Program-made: the position numbers and the translations under genes
Shown: piece by piece, positions 12,701-20,537 of the stretch
How positions within the stretch are numbered: position 1 is the stretch's first letter
Layout of the letters: every line of letters begins with the position of its first letter
Notes under the pieces: model-generated
The model's input: only the letters and a program-made list of their open reading frames with translations
Database searches by the model: none
Told to the model about the DNA's origin: nothing
From: an uncultured virus (IMG/VR IMGVR_UViG_3300024297_000002)
Taxonomy: Duplodnaviria > Heunggongvirae > Uroviricota > Caudoviricetes
Length of the DNA: 64,000 nucleotides
Reading direction: 5' to 3' (one strand)
Virus record (IMG/VR): IMGVR_UViG_3300024297_000002

Positions 12701-15700
12701 TCCTGTGTCTGTTATTACATAGTTTCCTACTAGATTTTTAGAAAGTCTGCTTGGATCTAAGTATGCTCCAAAAAATTTGCAAGGTTGTAAAACTGCAAGT
12801 GCTTTAATAACTGCAAATGCAAAACTTGAACTTCTTCTCCATGCTGTTTCCGCCGGGCCATGATCACCAAACTTCCATGGTTGTTTAAGATTTGCTCTTT
12901 GCCATTTGCCAATAACGTTTGCCGGTAATGCCATTGTGCCTGACGAATTAACTGGAATTCTGTAAGACATTCCTGGTCTAGCATATCTTGTATCTATATT
13001 TCCTGTACTAGCATCGTATCCTCGTTCAATGTCGCTCCATAAAACTTCATTCCCTGCTGTGTATGGTGCTGGTCCATATTTGTCTTCCCATTTAGCAGGC
13101 TTTTCAGAATGTCCTAACATTTCCCATGGATGAGTATGAGGTCTATCAGTATCAAAATAGTAATTAAATATTCCTCTCCAATATCCTGCTTCGTTATCTG
13201 TTCCGTTGATATCTTTACTTGCAGAATAGTTGAAAGTGAACGGATCAGAATCTACATATCCCGAATTAGTTCTAAAGTCTACATTGTTTCTTCCTGCCCA
13301 TATATAAAAGTCTTCACTCATTACTCCATTGACTTCATTCCTTGTAAACAGATTAGTACTGTGAGCACCAGGAAGTACACTATGAATATTAAGTAAATCT
13401 TTGTTGTATGTTGATTTAATATTGTTGTAAATTCTTTTTTCTAATTCTAAAAGTAAATCATCTCTGAAATCACCGTATGCAATAGACCTAGAACCATCGT
13501 GTCCAACAATTACTTGTTGTGCTGTTCTATACGAGTTGTCAGTTTCTAGTGCCGGTGTAAACTTAGGATACATACCTAATTTTGTCGGAGTAGGTGGAAT
13601 GTAACTTCCTTCAGTATTGGAATAATCTTTAATTTTGATAATGTCGCCGGTTGCAAGTGCTGATACAAAATGTATACTGTCAACAGTTGTGCTAAAAGTA
13701 TAATCAGTACCTAATAATAATTGTATATCATTTTTATAAACGTATACTGCTCTGTTGCTTAATACTGTTGGATCAAAAATACTATCAATTGAATATTCTG
13801 TTGCTGACGGATCTTGTACTGTATATTTTCTTTCAGTTTTGGATTCTCCAAATCCAATCATATCTTCATAATAAAAAGGTGATGCAACATTTTTTGCATA
13901 CGTCATTTCAGTTAAAATTTCATCAACTCTATCTGCAACGTTACCTTCGTATGTTGATCCTGTCGCCTGTGTTAAAAAATTTTCTTTAAATTTTTGATAT
14001 TCTAAGTTCGAATGGTCTAATGCTGTAATAAAGTTTGCTTCTTTGTCAATTAAGTTGAACATCGCAGAAGTTATTGAACCTGCATGATTTTGTAGTGCAC
14101 CACCTGTTAAGAATGATTCCGGTTTGTCTCTTAAATTGGTAGGTCCTGGTATAACACCTGTAATATCAGTTGATCTGTTACTTACGTTGATAATATGATT
14201 AGAGATTTGTCCTAATGTAAATTCGTTCAACGAGTCATTAAGAGAATTGTTTGATAGTATATCTGGTATCTCATATGCACCTTTGTCTTTAAGTTTTGGT
14301 GCTGTTGACCAACAGAATAAAGATACAATATCGTGTAATTTTAATTCTTTAGCAAATTTAACAAATTTGTTTGATGTTCCGTTTACTAGTGTAAAATCTG
14401 TGTTAATTTTTTTAATTACACCATTTACTTTTACAGCAACTTCTAAATCAGTTAACGATGCTGAATTTTTATAAACATCAACTGCAAATAATTTTTTTTC
14501 TGTTGCTGTTGCAAAATGAGTTCTTTTTACTCTTTGTTTTGATTCTGTTAATCTTTCTTTCCAGTTTGTTCTAGGATTGTAAGTTGTTAATCCTGTAATT
14601 TCATGTGTGAATCCTGTTGATGTTGTTTGAGTAATAAAATCATCACCTGATTTATACTTAAATGTTCCACTGTTAACATCAGATTCAAAAACTAAATCAC
14701 CAACATTGTTAATTGTATTATATTTTACTTGTAATCCTAAAACGGTGTCTGTTATTGCACCTGCTGATATTTTATAAGAAAATAATTCCGAACCTGCAAA
14801 GTTTGTAGATGAGTATATTGAATCATCGCTGTAACTGATTCCGTTTTTGTCAAATACATCAAACAACGGTTGTTGATTTAATTTTGTTTTCTTTTGACCT
14901 TCTATCCATTGGCTTAAATTTTTATCAGGCCCGGCAGTAGTTGAAAAGTGTAAAGTTTTACCTTGATTTTTTTCTCCAAATTCAACGTATACTTGTTCTC
15001 CGTCAACTGGGTATGTATCATTGATTTCTGCTAGTTGCAAAGCAATAACTGTTGACCCTGCTACCTTAACAAAATTAACTTCGTAAATTTTATTTTTAAC
15101 AAGTTTATCTGTGTCAGCAGTAAACAATATTCTCATACCGTTTGTTACTTCTAGACCGTCAACATAATAACCTGTTTGGTTAACCATAGATGAGAATACA
15201 TCAGTTGTTACATCATCAACAAGTGCAACTGATTTTTTTGCTATTGTACCGTAATTAAACAATTGAAGACCAGAATCAAATTCTATAATTGGTCTTTTTG
15301 CTCTGTCATCTTCTGACAATGTAAATTCTGATCCGTTTGCTGTTGCTGTTGCTTCAATTACAGATTTATGAAACCATCTGTTGTATCTTGACCAAGCATT
15401 TTGATCTACTGAATCACGTTTAATTGTAATGTAATCATGTTTGTCCGGTCTATAGAATGATTTTGCATATGGTCTTGAATCAAAGCCAACTGAATCATAT
15501 AATATTGTAGTTTCTGTTGCATATGTTTCTGGAGTAATTAAACTGTCAACATCAGTTAATGTAATTTTACTTCCAACACCCTCGATGTAAAAAGATTTGT
15601 CTCCGTATTTTTCTGTATCAATTACATTTGATCCAAATCTTATTTTCATTCCATTGGATAAAACTGTTCCATTACACATTGTATAGTTTACTGCACCTAC

Positions 15701-16606
15701 AATATCTTCTGTTGTATTAATTTTAGTTGTTGACGTTTCTGTTTGAATTTTTATAACACCGTGCATCGCTCCATGATTACCACATTGATAAAACAAAGAG
15801 TCAGGAGCATCTGTTGGTACTGTAAATGTTATTGTTCCTTTATCTATACCGTCGTTTGTTACTCCTTTTGTGTACAATATTGATGTACTACCGTCTGATG
15901 CTTTACCCGACGACACCGGCTCTGTCATTATCCACAACGGATGTCCGACTGCGTCAATTTTAAATTTATATGTGTTACCTCTGTATAAAGTTATTGCAGG
16001 ATTATCTTTGGCTTCATGAGTTGAAAATCTATACACTCCAACTTTTGGAACAGTTACCGCAATCTCTGTTGTTGAACCTGTCGCAATTTTATCAACTAAT
16101 ATTGCTGTTGGACCATTTGGCAACCAATAGTATTCTCTAAAGTTAACAAGTTTATCTGTGTCAACATACGGATTCCAAGAATATGTTTTCTCTTTTGTTA
16201 ATCTGTCATGATTGTCCACTGGAGCATTAAAATAACCTAATTGATTTAAAAAATCATCATAAGTTGCTGTAAATTTAATTTTTTCATCAATAGTAGTTGA
16301 TGTTGTGTCAACATCTGCAACAGTTACAGTTGGTTCTAACTGATACTGTGTTCTGCTTTTAGTTGTTGCACCTAAGTAATTGTCTGTTATATTCCTAGTA
16401 TAAGAATCTAATCTTCCAATATAACCATCTAGTCGTTCAAGTTTTCCTTTTTGTATTGCAGGATCTAGTGTGCTACTTAAAAATTTTTCGTTTGCGTCTG
16501 TTCTGTAGTAATGAGGAAGATGTGCAACGGTTCTTCTATATTCACGACCGTTTTTGTCTGTGACTACTTCGTATCTTTTTGTGCTGTCAATTGCGTTGTC
16601 TGCCAT
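3728..16606 (-). CDS. Giant (4292 aa) baseplate wedge-associated multidomain virion protein (gp7 position)
   Basis: Uninterrupted ORF directly downstream of gp6; contains a cupredoxin-like domain, FG-GAP-like propeller repeats, short W..Y..G....Y carbohydrate-binding-like motifs and C-terminal Ig-like repeats. Confidence 0.7.
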   Translation of the reverse strand: MADNAIDSTKRYEVVTDKNGREYRRTVAHLPHYYRTDANEKFLSSTLDPAIQKGKLERLDGYIGRLDSYTRNITDNYLGATTKSRTQYQLEPTVTVADVDTTSTTIDEKIKFTATYDDFLNQLGYFNAPVDNHDRLTKEKTYSWNPYVDTDKLVNFREYYWLPNGPTAILVDKIATGSTTEIAVTVPKVGVYRFSTHEAKDNPAITLYRGNTYKFKIDAVGHPLWIMTEPVSSGKASDGSTSILYTKGVTNDGIDKGTITFTVPTDAPDSLFYQCGNHGAMHGVIKIQTETSTTKINTTEDIVGAVNYTMCNGTVLSNGMKIRFGSNVIDTEKYGDKSFYIEGVGSKITLTDVDSLITPETYATETTILYDSVGFDSRPYAKSFYRPDKHDYITIKRDSVDQNAWSRYNRWFHKSVIEATATANGSEFTLSEDDRAKRPIIEFDSGLQLFNYGTIAKKSVALVDDVTTDVFSSMVNQTGYYVDGLEVTNGMRILFTADTDKLVKNKIYEVNFVKVAGSTVIALQLAEINDTYPVDGEQVYVEFGEKNQGKTLHFSTTAGPDKNLSQWIEGQKKTKLNQQPLFDVFDKNGISYSDDSIYSSTNFAGSELFSYKISAGAITDTVLGLQVKYNTINNVGDLVFESDVNSGTFKYKSGDDFITQTTSTGFTHEITGLTTYNPRTNWKERLTESKQRVKRTHFATATEKKLFAVDVYKNSASLTDLEVAVKVNGVIKKINTDFTLVNGTSNKFVKFAKELKLHDIVSLFCWSTAPKLKDKGAYEIPDILSNNSLNDSLNEFTLGQISNHIINVSNRSTDITGVIPGPTNLRDKPESFLTGGALQNHAGSITSAMFNLIDKEANFITALDHSNLEYQKFKENFLTQATGSTYEGNVADRVDEILTEMTYAKNVASPFYYEDMIGFGESKTERKYTVQDPSATEYSIDSIFDPTVLSNRAVYVYKNDIQLLLGTDYTFSTTVDSIHFVSALATGDIIKIKDYSNTEGSYIPPTPTKLGMYPKFTPALETDNSYRTAQQVIVGHDGSRSIAYGDFRDDLLLELEKRIYNNIKSTYNKDLLNIHSVLPGAHSTNLFTRNEVNGVMSEDFYIWAGRNNVDFRTNSGYVDSDPFTFNYSASKDINGTDNEAGYWRGIFNYYFDTDRPHTHPWEMLGHSEKPAKWEDKYGPAPYTAGNEVLWSDIERGYDASTGNIDTRYARPGMSYRIPVNSSGTMALPANVIGKWQRANLKQPWKFGDHGPAETAWRRSSSFAFAVIKALAVLQPCKFFGAYLDPSRLSKNLVGNYVITDTGLRQKSATVKYHLETSTNTETGVVTRYQTSGYQPYAVNYLMSQGLDPATFYYDKMKNLNVQLAYKLGGFTDKANLKILTDSISPGSTSGSQFLPTENYKIYFRTSNPVKKFYYSGVLIEKNSTVSSDGSSIAPGYRVTGYDITNPIFKMYVPIRNSNSTVKVQGSARVSVYKDRSDTVETVTYGTLFETRQDVAEFLQGYGQWLESQGFAFDRYSKEIDKTLNWNTAIDEFLYWTTQGWAAGSAITVSPGASGFNLETTNSVIGKLKNVYNNYTVLDAGGRSISERDISVKREGNTFNAISKNENVGIYGMELHSVEKEHMLVFDNKTVFSDIIYDPATGFRQSRLKLVGWKTANWNGGFHSPGFMYDKAEVSFWNANTDYKIGDSLEYQAKYYMAKVNHNSGKEFNLSNYTRIGQPTPELIPNFDYKIAQFNDFYDLETDNFDAVQQGLAQHLIGYQSRDYLNNLFVNDISQYKFYQGFIREKGTQNAINKLARAKFLDEDITLSVYPEWMIRTGEFGNVDAKKSVQFKMDDSKFLHNPQSVELLDTTNDAVNYNRSATVPSVEMYEKPLEYKASTTFSTFNYKKAEVDRESVQYYKNAGYPRFDDVQHTAFNIADVLNLNVSRVSNQDLIWVANNKINDWDVLRVTRTPIRLTKLQSINEGTQLELSFNTYHTFKVGDFMLVSGSKNTALNKVFTIKKVASSSKVCVDFIGNISELSNITDQSTVTSYGDVSKFVSVRFPTIDDVNDQIDFDDYKVKDELNGIPGDKVFIDNETGTWKVYERQEWLNYNQVQSPTRKNSQNFGWQVVARNDGRTLIASSPTDTQGVLNFYFRKESTPGEPFAVLDTKTMTENNDSTSKLGYSLSLSSDENYLVAGAPYNNKSVDGSTHYDDQGLVKWYKWNSSKIEYDLGGAIYPPYPKDSTSLANLHFGWDHAVAEPGENSTVKTPDKYMFISSPGANNDTGKVHMYRWAVGTDGSTYDTWTQEAEIYPTNVNAGHRFGHQVAVNDAGDILAVSSKSPGNAGRVHIFKRTSNTNNDSTQYTWSEVQVFEGISADGSSKNTAFGDSIAMSKDGSALIVGAPGTEVQDGSSTAFKDDAGAVYYYKWNADGSTNTYTLQQTITPAGDMTNVKFGAKVNINHSGNKIIIAAQGADNPRTMKFDTGSTTFDLQDTQLIDINREAGAVFTATKYDTQYLLDDRLVNDNVSSNDQFGQSVFITDNSIFVGAPADDAGITADGSTTYVNDGSVAHYDSTKSGRTPWHCLRVETPLVNNTRIESAFIFDRATNKIKDWLNYYDPLKKRIFGLADREIKYKTTWDPATYNYNAFGTEDSETAWAEEHKGETWWDLSKAKWIWYEQGDQEYKTKNWGKLFPGSTIDIYEWIETTLLPSEWNGLADTQAGLTDKISGTPRAIDDTQFTIKQKYDSAKDEFINFYYFWVKNSAVVPTLDQTTMIRSNSCAYISNIITDPDKAGLRYFAVSDKNKLILWNVKETLMNDNIVFNVDYRENDNEIDSHKVWKLYAEGDPAIRPTPALESKWWDSLTGTDSLGASVPDTNLPLNRRYGTELRPRQSWYIDRFTALKEIIQYANTIVKSKPLIGAIGFKNLDKADPQPTKESLEWDGSVDTYQDLTYVNTKDLSGNVNYLVKADETAAGFWSIYQWNAVAGTWNRTKIQTYKTSDFWAYYDWYDTGVSTDTYISKQVDYQYDLDGVEVNVGDYVKVVTSDSGGWKIYQKTATGFKNVATQNGTIQLSAKIYDYTIEDSGFEGDDTYDENFFDREPIIETRNILTALRDDIFVGDLNKEYNTIFFIGLRYVLSEQPYVNWLFKSSFLNITNSLRPLNQRKTYTTGKDDYVESYINEIKPFHTKIREYKLKYTNTETQDGLNTDFDLPPFYETAKSKVRPPQPNTDVDATLMTEFPYKMWQDHYTKHVKSLTITNAGSGYTKVPTISLVGGTVEDSGPYTVLARSSSGASSGDYGYFYPVYTIQSNANVFDKQNGGQGKSHSHTFDEYPTRTFYMPNSSMNHAEAIDPGTYKIFSPGTKTHATATAVISQGKITKVNLHTQGWGYTTTPEVIVTGGNEDGSNPTDTAKLSAVLGNDLVRDFDTTIRFDRIKSSADVKTWTASTTYEYGTLIRYDNELYRATQRITTGTTFTDTNLTKLRGNENYITAAERIQGMYAPDSGMPGLELSQLMEGIDYGGVQVTGLDFNREQGFDKSPWFEEPWDGYGKTRIRTFYGDGSTAQFIFTDAPNPTDVFTVYLNGVRQVNEVHRGDSSTTSFTLGSAPGNGVKVEFIPFDDDGVQTPTDDRTLDSLVTGGMFGSALGVDPNQVITDGDEFVSPDTSYAPEESIPGQIFDTLDIQVYSAPDSGVPFIVEKNYICDGTETTFDIGQKPGTQAAVSVIVNNVAKRLTDYTVDTQAETITFGSAPTSGQRLTIKSFAISGSQYMVLNDFVGDGSTKVFKTGTRENFAPDSSLSQLYVTVDGIPTSAYTTSSTANALTLTFNSAPASGKSIQIAGFNQTVGQGRAYAEIRQDTITYSSGTNRYTLTYPVGSYGPYAGLTILEHNGKVLRGPDNSYYIGDGSTYAYGVVSGLSDDSTIDPAKTITLASQVEVFVNGTEQDLNTDYTIDFGNQQVNFITPPAGTDVIAITTNVDTHYTYVGTDIILKTSQLSTDGITLNNNDTISATTFNNALGMKSRREVLEGRASGEHRLYNTPLNSNFVYVWFNNQPLQQGFDYTVSENVVKISGKTITSADRIDVLYFTVPSSTKQTGFRLFKDMLNRQFYKRIAKSGTTTLAQDLTDADKTITVVDASVLGDADGTTLLPGVIFIDKERIEFFQKSGNVLSQIRRGTLGTGIKAHIGGTKVVDASGKSTVPYSDTIYTNTYVSDGSTVSFATTITPSDARQLDIFIGGQRLLLTSEDGSTVNYTVSGSNVVLTNPVAANVQIRILMKKGQVWYTKGSSTAANGKGLNQSTTTAARFIAEEPTNTPE

Positions 16607-16608
16607 CT

Positions 16609-19600
16609 TTAGTATCCAGCACCACTAACTGTTCCTGTTGAAGTGGATCCTGATACTGCTGATGTAGACCTTGTAGTCGTTGTTGTTGAAGTGGTCGATG
16701 TTACAACTGTTCCTGATGCTTGGAGTTGGTTTGCTCCTATGGCATCAATTATTGATACATCATCAACGGTGGCCCCACTAATGAATATTTCGTTTGATGT
16801 TCCTGATATTTGAAATAATGATCCAAACACTTGTCCTGTTTGATTTGGTACTATTACAACTGTTAATAAATGCGGTGCTAGTCTATTGTGAACGTGTGCC
16901 GCAAGTTCTGTAAAGTAAAAAGAATCTCCAAAATCAAAATTATTCAATGCAAAAAATTGATCTATTGTATCAACAACCATTGTTTTTATAATTGCATTTG
17001 AGATATTTGATTCAGGATTTTTTACAACTTTAAATGTTGCTTGAAATTCTTCTTCTGATTTTGTTCCAAATAATATTTTGTAAGATACAGGATGATAAAT
17101 TATTTGATCTGATAATCCTTTTACTGGATTTAATTTGTTTGAATAACTTATTCTTAATTGATCCGATGTACTCGGTGCTGGTTTTGTGCCACCTTGTTTA
17201 AGCCATTTTCTAAATAATGTATCATAAGATCTTTCTAATAGATATATGTCAACTATGTTTGATACCGAAGGATCTATTCTTGTATTGTTTCCAGCAAAAT
17301 GCTGATACTGGAAGTACAATGACGATCTTCCTTTTCGTGCATAATAATCTGTTGTTGTAACTAAAGAATTTGTTGTAGAACTATACTTTTTAATTACGTT
17401 TTCTGCTGTGTCGTAAAAATAAAATAACTGTCCGTCTGTATATGATCCAGGTAATGTAATACTAGATTCGTTCTGCGTTACGATAAAATTAGTTGCACCA
17501 TACGGTCTCCATCTTTCAATGTTGTTATCTGTTGATATGAATTTTTCATAGAACACCCATTTAGTTGCTTCGCTTAATGTAGGCTCAATCATTATTTCAA
17601 ATAATTCAGGATTATCAACAACACCGTCATCGTCTGAATCAAAGAAACCAACTTTTACTTTTCTGTTATCTTGATACCCATCTGCTTCTGATATAGTGTC
17701 AACTACTTGCCAAACATTTGGATAACCTACTGCGTTTCCTGTACTAACAAGTGTATTGTTTTTTAATAGTTTAATTGTATCTTTTTTGGTTTGTCCTGAT
17801 GTATAATCGTAAATTTTTTCTTGTGGATCAAAATGAAATTTGTTTTGTCCTGCTGATTCAAATATGTAATCTAATTTTCTGTATGATACTGTGTATGTTG
17901 ATCCGTCATTAGTAAAATTAAACCACCAACTTTGATCTAAATTTGTTCCTGATTCATCTCCCGCAAACCCTAAACTAAACGTATTGTTTGAACTAACATC
18001 TGTTGTTTTAATAACTTTCCATGTACCTGTTGTTTCGTCATACCTTAATGCAAAATTTTCATATGCTGTAATTCTATTTTGTAGATCTGCTTTTAATGTT
18101 GTACCTAATGCTGTTGCTAGTTGTGGAATAACTGCTTTTACGACTGCATTGTCTGGAATAACATCTGCTAATGTTATTGGTCCTAATCCCGACTCTAAAT
18201 TTCCAACACCACCGTTTGCTCCATCTCCAACAACTGAGGCTATTTTTGCCCAATGTCTATCTTGTGCTTCGTCTGTTGCTGAATCAACTAATTTTCCATT
18301 TTTAAATTTTCTCGTATCCGGTGAAGTAAATTTAACCAACGCACCTGGTTTTATGTATTTTAAATTTGATGTTGCATATTGACCTACTACTAAAGGACCA
18401 GCCGAATAAATGTATCCAGTGTTTGTGTTCGTACTTGTTGTTGTACTGTTCCAAGACGTTGTTAACAATGAGAGATCTTTTGCTCCATACTTGTTATAAT
18501 AAAACTGTCTTGAGTATGGTAATTTTATTTTTGTTTCTATTTTTGTGTTAAGTGTGTTAAGAATATCATTCTTGTTATTAAATGTAAAAGTAAATGAAGG
18601 TAATGTTTCTTCTTTATAAAGAACACCGTCATCGGCAATTACATTAACATTTGAATATGATCCTGTTGGGTCAACAATTTCTTTTGCTCTTGATATACCC
18701 GACGCCGTTCTGTTAACAGATCTAATTTTAATAATTTCTTGTGATGCTTTTAATGGTACAACATTGTAATCTTCTGCTGTAATCATTCTATCTTGTGAAT
18801 AATAAACCTGTGGTGCTTTTTCTCTAATTGATGCACTTGATTCTGATTGTGCAGAATTATAAAGTGTTTGTTGCAAACTTGCTCCAACAGTTAATGTTTG
18901 ATTTGCGCCATTCTTATCTAAGTATGGAATATTAAATTGTATACTTTGCATATCTGCAGGTTGAATTGTGTATCTTTCATTAGCACTTGTTCTGTAGTAT
19001 GCTCTGAATCTTCCCATAGGAATATCTGCAAAGTTGCCATCGCCAAATACTAGATCAACACTATCATTTGCTCTAGTAACTGTGTTGTAAATATTTCTCA
19101 CACTTGATTCAACTGAATTATAAATTGCGTTGTTACCTGCAAGTGCTGGAACGTTTTTCCATAAAGAATAAGGTTGGCCAAAATCATCTAATTGCCATAA
19201 CCAGACGTCTGAATCATTAATATTATTAGCACCTAACGGTTGTACTAAATTTGTTGTTGAATCTGTTATTGTAAAATCTTCTGCTTGTAATGTTCCTTCT
19301 TTGAACAAAGCAAAAAATCCTGTGTTGTTTGACGAATCACCTGCGCCGTCAGTCCTATATACGTATGAGAACGAACCACCCGGTAGAGGTAATCTTTCAT
19401 AAATGTAATCTTGTTTAAGTATTGTTGATGGAACAATTTCAAATTTTCTTGTTATACCGCTCACCGGTCTTGAAAAAGTATACATTGGTACATCTGTATT
19501 GCTAGATCTTGTTGCGTAAATTTCTGTAGATATGTTTCCGATCTTACCTGACTCTAATGGTTTTCCAAAAGTCTGTCCTGTTTGATTTAATCCTTCAAGA

Positions 19601-20073
19601 ATATTAATAAAGTGTTCTCTGTAATTTGGATTTGCCGCATCATTCCAACGTATTGTTAATCCTGCTAGACTTTGTCCTGCACTATCTTTTATTTCTTCTG
19701 TGGTTGATACTGATGTAAATTTTAACATTCCAACTGCCGGTTTATTTCTAGCGGCATTGTAGTTGATAAGTCTTGCTAATCTTAAAACTGAATCTCTTCT
19801 TGATGCTGTTTCTAGGAAATTTTCTCTTGCATTTAAATCAACTCTGAACGATAATGATTGTGCCACATAAGCAATTAGATCTAATAGTGCAACATACTCA
19901 GAACTTTCAACAAAGTCGTTAAAATCATCTGGATAATTTTCTTGCAGATATGCAACCATAGTTCTACGCATGGTTTCAAAATCATAAGATTTGAAATCCG
20001 CTGATTGGAAAGCAGTATAGATCTTTCTCCAATCCTCTGCTACTAATAATCTGTTTTGTCTTTTTGTGGCCAT
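16609..20073 (-). CDS. gp6: Baseplate wedge subunit gp6-like
   Basis: DFKSYDFE...DF.ESSE..LLDLIAY....L.F..D..ARENFLETA.RRDSVLRLA..INY; FGDG.F..IP; ES..SIRE.AP.VY..QDRMITAEDY. Confidence 0.9.
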   Translation of the reverse strand: MATKRQNRLLVAEDWRKIYTAFQSADFKSYDFETMRRTMVAYLQENYPDDFNDFVESSEYVALLDLIAYVAQSLSFRVDLNARENFLETASRRDSVLRLARLINYNAARNKPAVGMLKFTSVSTTEEIKDSAGQSLAGLTIRWNDAANPNYREHFINILEGLNQTGQTFGKPLESGKIGNISTEIYATRSSNTDVPMYTFSRPVSGITRKFEIVPSTILKQDYIYERLPLPGGSFSYVYRTDGAGDSSNNTGFFALFKEGTLQAEDFTITDSTTNLVQPLGANNINDSDVWLWQLDDFGQPYSLWKNVPALAGNNAIYNSVESSVRNIYNTVTRANDSVDLVFGDGNFADIPMGRFRAYYRTSANERYTIQPADMQSIQFNIPYLDKNGANQTLTVGASLQQTLYNSAQSESSASIREKAPQVYYSQDRMITAEDYNVVPLKASQEIIKIRSVNRTASGISRAKEIVDPTGSYSNVNVIADDGVLYKEETLPSFTFTFNNKNDILNTLNTKIETKIKLPYSRQFYYNKYGAKDLSLLTTSWNSTTTSTNTNTGYIYSAGPLVVGQYATSNLKYIKPGALVKFTSPDTRKFKNGKLVDSATDEAQDRHWAKIASVVGDGANGGVGNLESGLGPITLADVIPDNAVVKAVIPQLATALGTTLKADLQNRITAYENFALRYDETTGTWKVIKTTDVSSNNTFSLGFAGDESGTNLDQSWWFNFTNDGSTYTVSYRKLDYIFESAGQNKFHFDPQEKIYDYTSGQTKKDTIKLLKNNTLVSTGNAVGYPNVWQVVDTISEADGYQDNRKVKVGFFDSDDDGVVDNPELFEIMIEPTLSEATKWVFYEKFISTDNNIERWRPYGATNFIVTQNESSITLPGSYTDGQLFYFYDTAENVIKKYSSTTNSLVTTTDYYARKGRSSLYFQYQHFAGNNTRIDPSVSNIVDIYLLERSYDTLFRKWLKQGGTKPAPSTSDQLRISYSNKLNPVKGLSDQIIYHPVSYKILFGTKSEEEFQATFKVVKNPESNISNAIIKTMVVDTIDQFFALNNFDFGDSFYFTELAAHVHNRLAPHLLTVVIVPNQTGQVFGSLFQISGTSNEIFISGATVDDVSIIDAIGANQLQASGTVVTSTTSTTTTTRSTSAVSGSTSTGTVSGAGY

Positions 20074-20117
20074 AATACTTTATAAACGATATTTATAGTA
20101 TTAATTATGTGCGTATA

Positions 20118-20522
20118 TTAAGATAGGCGTAAAGATGTATCTCTGTCGAATTTGAATACCAACTTTTCAGTGATATTGTACGGAACATATGTCAAAGACG
20201 CCTGAATTGCAATACCGTGCTCATATTCTTCTACTATAATTTCATTAGTTGCTAGACGCTGATCTGCATTTAATTGCTCAGTTACGTCATCAATAATTAA
20301 TTGTCTTGTTGCTTCTGTTAATGGCTCAAATAAGGCATCGTATATAATAGTACCAAAAGCAGGATTTTCTACTCGTTCACCTTTTCTCACAGACAATCTG
20401 TTCATTAAATCTTGTTTGATTAACTCAAAATCATACAATTTAAAGTTGGAATTATCTGCACGTGAACTAAACCCTTTGTATGCATTTCCTCTTTTAGGTA
20501 TGTTGTTTTTCTCGTCAGCCAT
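20118..20522 (-). CDS. gp25: Baseplate wedge subunit gp25 (GPW/gp25 family)
   Basis: D.ELIKQDL.N.L..RKGERV.NP.FGT.I...LFEPL motif; lies between gp5 and gp6. Confidence 0.9.
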   Translation of the reverse strand: MADEKNNIPKRGNAYKGFSSRADNSNFKLYDFELIKQDLMNRLSVRKGERVENPAFGTIIYDALFEPLTEATRQLIIDDVTEQLNADQRLATNEIIVEEYEHGIAIQASLTYVPYNITEKLVFKFDRDTSLRLS

Positions 20523-20537
20523 TATTCATTGTCCTTT

